Of a DNA stretch of 64,000 bases, positions 57,842 through 64,000 are shown one piece after another. The notes under the pieces were generated by a model that did not search any database, was not told where the DNA came from, and saw only the letters and a list, made by a program, of their open reading frames with translations. The first letter of the stretch is position 1, and every line of letters starts with the position of its first letter. The position numbers and the translations under genes are program-made. The DNA is from a virus: IMG/VR virus record IMGVR_UViG_3300027896_000032, positions 4,136 to 68,135 of that record, one strand, 5' to 3'.

Positions 57842-58199
57842 CGGTTTTTTCAGGCTCGACCTTGATTGTGATGTTGTTCAGCGCGTCGTCTATGGCGTTC
57901 ACGCGAGTCTCTGTGGCTTTGGAGCCGGCCAGTGCGGCCGTGGCCTTTCGATTGGCCAACCTCGCCATGTAGACGGCGTGCACGGCCGCTGCAATCAACA
58001 TACCGAGTAACAGGAATATTACGGAGAAAAGGGCTACGTTCACGGTTGAACCTCCAAGAATAAAAAATATGAACAGCACGAACGACCACAAGAAAACCAG
58101 AATAACTCGATAACATCCCCGACGCCGCGGCGGCATGAAGTATTCCGGCGGACGGAAGTAGTACGCCCCTCCGAGATTATCATCATATCGCTTGTTCAT
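57831..58199 (-). CDS. Two-TM membrane protein
   Basis: Two hydrophobic helices; AAGGA RBS. Confidence 0.6.
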   Translation of the reverse strand: MNKRYDDNLGGAYYFRPPEYFMPPRRRGCYRVILVFLWSFVLFIFFILGGSTVNVALFSVIFLLLGMLIAAAVHAVYMARLANRKATAALAGSKATETRVNAIDDALNNITIKVEPEKTDGE

Positions 58200-58210
58200 C
58201 TTCGTCCTTA

Positions 58211-58348
58211 TTAAATCCCGTCAAAATCAATCTCTTGCGGGCCTTTTGCGATTTCAGCTAAAATAACCGTCTCCGCTTCCGTCTTTGGCTTCCGGGAGCC
58301 TTTCTTCCTGGATACTCCTAAGTATTCGGATGCCTCTGTAATTCTCAT
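58211..58348 (-). CDS. 45-aa ORF with a truncated excisionase-type HTH start (not in ORF track)
   Basis: MRITEASEYLGVSRKKGS...; ATGA-coupled to the upstream gene. Confidence 0.45.
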   Translation of the reverse strand: MRITEASEYLGVSRKKGSRKPKTEAETVILAEIAKGPQEIDFDGI

Positions 58349-58575
58349 GCAAGCCTCTTTTGGGTTTTATTAAGTTCAAGAATCACCTGCTGTTCAAGCA
58401 TCTCCCCGGTGAATCCCTTACAGGCAATCTTGAATGCCGGGTCTTTCTTTGTGCATGAGAAGTTACTTGTATCCGTGTGCCACGCGAACTTCTCGCCGTG
58501 GAACTCGAATATGATTCGCGCTTTCCTCACGATGGTTTTTCCGCAGTAGTGACAATTAGGTAGTGGTTTGCTCAT
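58345..58575 (-). CDS. Small Zn-finger-like protein
   Basis: CHYCG...H...C; AAGGAG RBS. Confidence 0.6.
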   Translation of the reverse strand: MSKPLPNCHYCGKTIVRKARIIFEFHGEKFAWHTDTSNFSCTKKDPAFKIACKGFTGEMLEQQVILELNKTQKRLA

Positions 58576-58781
58576 TGTAATTTTCTCTCCTTGATATATT
58601 TATTTATCTTTTCTGTACGCCCCGGAATAAGCATGAAGTTCATAACCAACCGGTTGATCTTGATGTCACAGTCCACGCACACCCCGCGATATTGATTCCC
58701 GTCCGCGCACACCTGGTTCACCTGTTCGCGTTCAAGAAGATGGATATGAGTTATCACATCCATCCTTTTCAGCGCGTACAT
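58572..58781 (-). CDS. Small hypothetical protein
   Basis: QVCADGNQYRGVCVDCD motif; coupled ORF. Confidence 0.55.
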   Translation of the reverse strand: MYALKRMDVITHIHLLEREQVNQVCADGNQYRGVCVDCDIKINRLVMNFMLIPGRTEKINKYIKERKLQ

Positions 58782-58789
58782 GTTGCCTG

Positions 58790-59389
58790 CTATTCCGGCG
58801 GTCCACCCGGCGGCGGCGGTTCCTGTGCCGGACCTGTGAACGGCGGCGCTTCATTCTCCGCTACTGCATCGACGGCAGCGTCCCCCCCGGCGGCGGCGCC
58901 GGCATTGAGATCAATTTCCCCGGCGGCATCGTTGGCCAGCGGCGGTTCCGCAACCGCTCCCGGCTCCTGGACGGCATCGGGATCGTCCTTTACGCCCTCG
59001 TGATACTTGAACACAACGACGGCATCAGCCGAGCCGCATTTCGGGCACCGCTCTATCTGTGCGGCCTGGGCGGTTTCCATGTTGGCGAAGTCCCTTGAGA
59101 ACGTGAGCTTGTCACAGTTCTCGCACTGATAGACGACGGTAACGCAGTTCGGGATTCCCGGAAGTTCCGGCTCCGGTGCGGTCGGCGGCTTTACCGGCGG
59201 GGCCTGTGCCTCGTCAAACTGTACGATAACCGTGACATTCTCGCCGAGCCGTTCATCGAGTTCGCGCAGCACCCGCAGGTTATGCGTCGAAAACACCACG
59301 CTCTTTTCACGGCCGTTCGCGCCGTTCTTTGTCTTCACATCCTTGAAGACTCCATTGAATTTTACTTCCAAATCATTCACCCCTTTCAA
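58790..59389 (-). CDS. Hypothetical protein with Zn ribbon and P/A-rich tail
   Basis: YQCENC...CPKCGS. Confidence 0.65.
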   Translation of the reverse strand: MKGVNDLEVKFNGVFKDVKTKNGANGREKSVVFSTHNLRVLRELDERLGENVTVIVQFDEAQAPPVKPPTAPEPELPGIPNCVTVVYQCENCDKLTFSRDFANMETAQAAQIERCPKCGSADAVVVFKYHEGVKDDPDAVQEPGAVAEPPLANDAAGEIDLNAGAAAGGDAAVDAVAENEAPPFTGPAQEPPPPGGPPE

Positions 59390-60177
59390 TTTTCTTCTGC
59401 CAATGCAAGCATTTCATCTACGGTTAATTTATGTGGAACCAGCATGGTTTCGATATTGCTACTCGGGGATGAGGAAACCATGCTGGTATTGTTTTTCGGC
59501 TTGTATCCTGGCATTCCGCGAAGCTTTTCTTCAAGGTCGTTCAGCGTATCGTCGAATCCCTCGCATGAATTGTAGCAGTCAGCGCAGAGAACCGTGCCAT
59601 GCCGGATATACAGATCGTCGATGGACTTCACGCGGATAATATTGTTGCATTGCCGCATGTTCTTTCCAACCGTCATTTCCGTTCCGCAGCAGAATACCGA
59701 CCCCTTGAACGATTCAGAAATGAACACGCCGATCCCCCACCGCTTTGTATTCTTTTTCAGGGCAAAACCGGCCTTGCAGATACAGGGTATAAAACCGGAG
59801 AATACCCGCGAGACATACAACGGCGTTTCCTCCTCATCAGAAATCTTTTTCCGGCGCCGGCCACCCTTTACAAACCCGGTCGGTTCCTCGACGACCTTCA
59901 CCACCCGGTCACGCCAGCGCATCATTACGGCTCCGCGATCCTTGCAGTATTTGCACTTCGCCGTCTTTTCCTTTTCCCATCCGACCTGCATGGCGCGCCC
60001 GAGCGCAAGCATCATAGCGGCCTGTTCGGCATCCGTCGGGCTGAACCTGTAGACCCGCAGGTCAAACCGTTTTTCCCATTGCGGAATCGGTTCATCGGGA
60101 ATATTCAGTTCTTCAAGACCTTCATCGAGGTTGTTAAGAAAATCATCATACGTTTCCGCCTGTTTATCGTCGTTCAT
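59386..60177 (-). CDS. Zn-binding protein in the replication module
   Basis: CKYCKDRG...PCICKAG (loader-type Zn motif) plus further Cys pairs; no P-loop seen. Confidence 0.65.
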   Translation of the reverse strand: MNDDKQAETYDDFLNNLDEGLEELNIPDEPIPQWEKRFDLRVYRFSPTDAEQAAMMLALGRAMQVGWEKEKTAKCKYCKDRGAVMMRWRDRVVKVVEEPTGFVKGGRRRKKISDEEETPLYVSRVFSGFIPCICKAGFALKKNTKRWGIGVFISESFKGSVFCCGTEMTVGKNMRQCNNIIRVKSIDDLYIRHGTVLCADCYNSCEGFDDTLNDLEEKLRGMPGYKPKNNTSMVSSSPSSNIETMLVPHKLTVDEMLALAEEN

Positions 60178-61073
60178 AATAGTCCATTCTCCTGTGCTAT
60201 GATTTCTAACGACTCCATAGAATCAGAACCGTAATATTCAAATAGCTCCTGTTTTGTCGTTATCGCCCGCGCCTGGACTGCATACGGCACTTCAGCCCGC
60301 AGAATAACCAGCCGGAATTCCTTTTTGTTTTTTCGATATTTATCATCCTTGCTGTCTGCATATTCAGGAACATCCCATGCTCGCCAGCGATTGATGAAAT
60401 AGACCATGCTCCATACGTCGCCGCCCTCCGCGCGCTTACGGCCGATGCAGACGGCCATATCATGCAGAGCGGTTTTGATCCCGATTTTTTCAACCTTTTC
60501 AAGAACGGCTTTTTTCGCTTCCTCCATTTGGTCTATCGATAATTCAAGGGGAAATGGTGTCCGTATTTTTGTTTTATCATTATCCGAAGTCAATTCAATC
60601 CATAACCTGCAAAGTCGCCCCCACGAATCTAAAGCCTTATCCTCCATTTCAAACTTAGGATCATAGCCACAAAAGCACTCCAAAAGGCTGCGACTCGCCC
60701 GGCGCACATCGAGAGTTTTTGCCTTCGGGGGAATGTCTTTCATTGCCGTTTCGTAAGGATTCATCTTAACAAACCAATCCGAATACATATAGTCAGTACG
60801 CAATATGGTAAAGATAACAAATATCTCGCTCCGTAGAATCTCAAACTTTGCGCTCGCCCATGTCCTGCTGTCCAGATTATTCAGCGACATGCGTATCTGT
60901 CTGTCAGAGAACGGTTGGAGATTCCCATCAACCAAAAAGCCCCAGAAATCCCTTTGCGTACTTTGTGACAGAAGACAGAAGAGCTCGACAACGATCCCTC
61001 TGTGTGCTTGCGAAAGTTTTTGATATTCCGGCGAAGAAATGAATTCATGCGACAGCGTTATTCCTTGATTCAA
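60174..61073 (-). CDS. Putative replication initiator/replisome organiser
   Basis: N-terminus EFISSPEYQKLSQAHRGIVVELFCL resembles winged-helix phage initiators; module position. Confidence 0.5.
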   Translation of the reverse strand: MNQGITLSHEFISSPEYQKLSQAHRGIVVELFCLLSQSTQRDFWGFLVDGNLQPFSDRQIRMSLNNLDSRTWASAKFEILRSEIFVIFTILRTDYMYSDWFVKMNPYETAMKDIPPKAKTLDVRRASRSLLECFCGYDPKFEMEDKALDSWGRLCRLWIELTSDNDKTKIRTPFPLELSIDQMEEAKKAVLEKVEKIGIKTALHDMAVCIGRKRAEGGDVWSMVYFINRWRAWDVPEYADSKDDKYRKNKKEFRLVILRAEVPYAVQARAITTKQELFEYYGSDSMESLEIIAQENGLL

Positions 61074-63378
61074 AATCCACCACGTTCAGGTTGTGTTTGT
61101 CGTCAACTGTAATATGGCAAGGTATGAACTGCGTTACGTCCTGATGCGATACCACAAAAATCTGCGTAAAGTATTTCGCCAGATAATCCAGAAATCCGAT
61201 ATAGCCCTGGCGGTTCACGGCGTCCAGACTGCCGGTCGTCTCATCGAGGAAATAACTCTGCATCCTTGAACCTTTAATCGAGAAGTAAATGCCAAGCGTG
61301 GCCCGCATCACCAGACGGGCAAGGTCCTGCTGCCCCTGGGATGTTAATTCAAGCGGCCGTCGAATTCCGTCCACTTCCAATAGAAGTTCGAATGATTCAA
61401 CCTTTTCACCCCCCCGGCGCCCGCGGAGCGTCTTTTGCGTGTCGAATATCAGTTTCATGTCTCCGCCGGTAAGTATATCGAACAATTCTTTTGCAATGTC
61501 AAGAAACGTCATTTTTTCAGAATCTATCACAAGCGCCTGCACGCCGTTCGTGGAAAACGCCTTTTCCTCTTCTGTATATGCAAGCGCAAGGGTCTCGAAT
61601 TTAGTCTTGTCTTTTTCCAGCAGCGAACAACTGAACTGCGCGTCGTCGGACAGTTCAAGTTTATGCTCGTTTATGTTGATGGTACGCCGCAAATCCTCGA
61701 TGCTTTTCTGCTTTCCGTCTATCTCATTTTGAATAGCCGCGGGACTCCCCGTGGAAACAGCCGGCTGCGCGACCACGTCCTCTTGCGTCTGTTGCAATGC
61801 CTTTTTCTTCGCGCCCAGCTTTTCTTTCAATATCCCGATCTGCGTTTCGCTTTCAGCTATTTTCTGCAACTTCTTGTCGAATCCAAGCGCCTCTATTTTT
61901 CTGATATTTTCAACGAGCTTATTATGCTGAGAAACGACTTCATCCACCTGCTTTTTCTTGCCTGATAGAACAAGAAGGTTGCTCTCTATTTTTGCAAGCC
62001 TTTCGTTTTCTTCCTTGAACATGGAGCCCGCTTCTAGTTCTGCCGCGTGCTGCCTGGCTTTGCTTCCATTGGCCTCTATCTTTTGCAGAACGGCCGCAAT
62101 TCGAGATTCCAACTCTTCCTCGAAGCCCTTATGCTCATCGAGCCATTTCTTTGCCGTGCGCGCCTTTTCGACATAGCCACACGTCGCCGGACAGTCCAAC
62201 GTCTTCAGTTCTTCCGCATCGTCCCGCTGGCGCGTAAAATCCTTATAATCCTGTTCGGCCTTGTTGAGTTCCAACTTGAGTTCGGAGCTTTGTTCGAGAC
62301 TTTTGATAGCATCCTGCACGTCGCGTTTCTTCTGCGCAATTGCCACCAGTGTTTCTTTTTTAAGATTTTCATGCTGCTGTATTTTCAGATTAATATCCGA
62401 CCCTAATTTCGCTTTTGGTTCTAACTCGTTTCGCTCCGTTCTAAACCGATCCAATTCTTCAATCTGTTTCTCATATATCTGTTTCGATTGTACGTCCGTA
62501 TTTGCTTTTGTTAATTCAGATTCGATAGCGGCTATATCTTTTTCCAATTGCACGATAAGCGACCGCGATTCATTAAATTTCTTTACCGCCATTTCGTTCC
62601 GTGCCTGCTCTTGTACCAATTCCTCCTTCACCTTTACAAGAGACTGAATGGCTTCCTGAAAACCATCAATGTCCACCTGCGCCTGCGCATTGAACCGTTC
62701 TATCTCCACTGCCTGTTCATCCGACAGTAGATTTTTCTTTTCGCCTATTATCTGCGAGGCTATTTCATCGACGATTTTCTGAACCTGCTTTGTTCGCTCG
62801 TTAAAGAAGACGGACCGTTCCTGAATATGATCGAGCCCGATAAGATCGGCGAATATCCGTTTCCGCTCCGTAGCCGTTTTCGCCACTATTTCCTCTGCCG
62901 AATTCTGGCTGTGAAAACAGGATGTAAGAAACATTTCTTTGGTCATTATGTTTTCTTCAACCCACTTCGTAGTCAGGTCCGCCCCGCTGGCGCGCGTCTC
63001 CCATTTCTTCTCTGGAAAATCATACTCGAAAATTCCGGCCATGTGGTTCTTGCTTTTTTCTATGAAGTCCGCTCCGACGTACTCGCCTTTCAATATGAAA
63101 TTCCGGTTTATCCTGTAGCTCTTGCCGTTGAACTGGAAGTACATTTCGATGTAGGACTCGTCATTTTTCGCCACAAGTTCATAGATGGAATGCTGTGATT
63201 TGTGCATCCGGAACGGAAAGAAGCCGTACAGCACGCCAGGTATCATTTCCAGAAGGAACGTTTTCCCGCGGCCGTTGCGCCCCATGATTGCGATCTTTGA
63301 GGCAAGCTTATACGGCTCGAAGATGAATTCATTCTTGTACGGGCCTATGCCCTTTGCTCTGATAGTCTGTATAATCAT
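61045..63378 (-). CDS. SbcC/Rad50-like SMC ATPase
   Basis: GRNGRGKT Walker A, Q-loop, coiled coils, CPATC hook, TSQGQ signature variant, FLDE Walker B, VVSH. Confidence 0.9.
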   Translation of the reverse strand: MIIQTIRAKGIGPYKNEFIFEPYKLASKIAIMGRNGRGKTFLLEMIPGVLYGFFPFRMHKSQHSIYELVAKNDESYIEMYFQFNGKSYRINRNFILKGEYVGADFIEKSKNHMAGIFEYDFPEKKWETRASGADLTTKWVEENIMTKEMFLTSCFHSQNSAEEIVAKTATERKRIFADLIGLDHIQERSVFFNERTKQVQKIVDEIASQIIGEKKNLLSDEQAVEIERFNAQAQVDIDGFQEAIQSLVKVKEELVQEQARNEMAVKKFNESRSLIVQLEKDIAAIESELTKANTDVQSKQIYEKQIEELDRFRTERNELEPKAKLGSDINLKIQQHENLKKETLVAIAQKKRDVQDAIKSLEQSSELKLELNKAEQDYKDFTRQRDDAEELKTLDCPATCGYVEKARTAKKWLDEHKGFEEELESRIAAVLQKIEANGSKARQHAAELEAGSMFKEENERLAKIESNLLVLSGKKKQVDEVVSQHNKLVENIRKIEALGFDKKLQKIAESETQIGILKEKLGAKKKALQQTQEDVVAQPAVSTGSPAAIQNEIDGKQKSIEDLRRTININEHKLELSDDAQFSCSLLEKDKTKFETLALAYTEEEKAFSTNGVQALVIDSEKMTFLDIAKELFDILTGGDMKLIFDTQKTLRGRRGGEKVESFELLLEVDGIRRPLELTSQGQQDLARLVMRATLGIYFSIKGSRMQSYFLDETTGSLDAVNRQGYIGFLDYLAKYFTQIFVVSHQDVTQFIPCHITVDDKHNLNVVDFESRNNAVA

Positions 63379-63626
63379 TTCTTTTTCTCCGCTGGTTCGG
63401 GAAGACGGCAGAAGACCTCATAAACGATTGCCCCTACGTGGCCGATCTCGCGCGCGACCGCATCCATATCTCCGCTGGCCACCGCTGCCTGCAACTGGCC
63501 AACCTGTTCGCCGCAAATAAGCGCCATCCGTTCCATCGAAGCCTTTTTCTCATCATCGTGCTTTTCACGGTTGGCATAAATCTGCAACTGCACCGATTCG
63601 AAAAACAGATCAATATCATTGCACAT
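63375..63626 (-). CDS. MazG-like small helical protein (degenerate acidic motif)
   Basis: LICGEQVGQLQAAV...AREIGHVGAI resembles EExGE...EExxD. Confidence 0.5.
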   Translation of the reverse strand: MCNDIDLFFESVQLQIYANREKHDDEKKASMERMALICGEQVGQLQAAVASGDMDAVAREIGHVGAIVYEVFCRLPEPAEKKK

Positions 63627-63650
63627 GTTATTCCCCCAAAAAACAGATTG

Positions 63651-64000
63651 TCAGTCAATCTGTGATTTTCGTTTATTAGCATCTATCAATGCACGCAATT
63701 CTTGTGCGTGAGAGTAGCCTTGCAGGTAGAGGTCGCCCGTCTGTGTCAGCAGCGGCGCATTGAAGTCGTGAGAGTAGCCTTGCAGGTCGAGGTGGCCCGT
63801 CTGTGTCAGCAGCGGCGCATTGAAGTCGTGAGAGTAGTTGCGCAGGTAGAGGTAGCCCGTCTGTATCAGCAGCGGCGCATTGAAGTCGTGAGAGTAGTTG
63901 CGCAGGTAGAGGTCGCCCGTCTGTGTCAGCAGCGGCGCATTGAAGTCGTGAGAGTAGCCTTGCAGGTCGAGGTGGCCCGTCTGTGTCAGCAGCGGCGCAT
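63651..64000 (-). CDS. LRR-like repeat protein, C-terminal part (5' end outside the window)
   Basis: Open frame of HDFNAPLLTQTGxLxLxxYS repeats ending HAQELRALIDANKRKSQID-stop. Confidence 0.85.
   Translation of the reverse strand, partial: APLLTQTGHLDLQGYSHDFNAPLLTQTGDLYLRNYSHDFNAPLLIQTGYLYLRNYSHDFNAPLLTQTGHLDLQGYSHDFNAPLLTQTGDLYLQGYSHAQELRALIDANKRKSQID
63708..64000 (-). repeat. 60-bp tandem repeat, about 5 copies visible
   Basis: Near-identical units in consecutive 60-nt lines. Confidence 0.97.

Larger units (their letters stand above)
1..64000. mobile_element. Tailed dsDNA bacteriophage genome segment (siphovirus-like)
   Basis: Canonical order terminase-portal-protease-capsid-connector-tail tube-chaperones-tape measure-tail tip-lysis; no tail sheath; no host housekeeping genes; no integrase in the window. 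Confidence 0.95.

Noticed and set aside
63708-64000. CRISPR array
   Set aside because: Units are contiguous 60-bp repeats without unique spacers and keep an open reading frame.
1-64000. Stop-codon recoding, tRNAs, introns/inteins, integrase/att
   Set aside because: Core genes are intact in the standard code with all three stop codons in use; no cloverleaf, splicing motifs or recombinase was recognised.

Overview
The window is a 64-kb segment of a tailed dsDNA phage (siphovirus-like, standard genetic code). No integrase, rRNA, tRNA, CRISPR array or reverse transcriptase is visible. From 1 to 30 kb (- strand) is a near-complete morphogenesis and lysis block: terminase large subunit, portal, protease/scaffold, major capsid protein, head-tail genes, major tail protein, -1 frameshifted tail chaperones, 2497-aa tape measure, tail-tip/fibre genes, holin-like genes and an amidase. 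From 30 to 42 kb (-) are three tandem ~520-aa paralogs and small accessory genes (MT-A70 methylase, ASCH-like, DUF1643, a signal-peptide tail-fibre-like protein). From 42.1 to 43.8 kb is a non-coding divergence point with 22-bp-phased palindromic repeats, a candidate origin. From 43.8 to 55.8 kb (+) is an early-type operon (AAA ATPase, N6-MTase/SNF2 fusion, C5-MTase-like gene) with covarying pseudoknots over ribosome-binding sites. From 55.6 to 64 kb (-) are DNA metabolism genes (minimal PolX, RuvC, initiator-like, SbcC/Rad50), ending in a truncated LRR-like gene whose 60-bp repeats differ only by non-synonymous changes. All product calls come from motif recognition by eye; no database searches were run.
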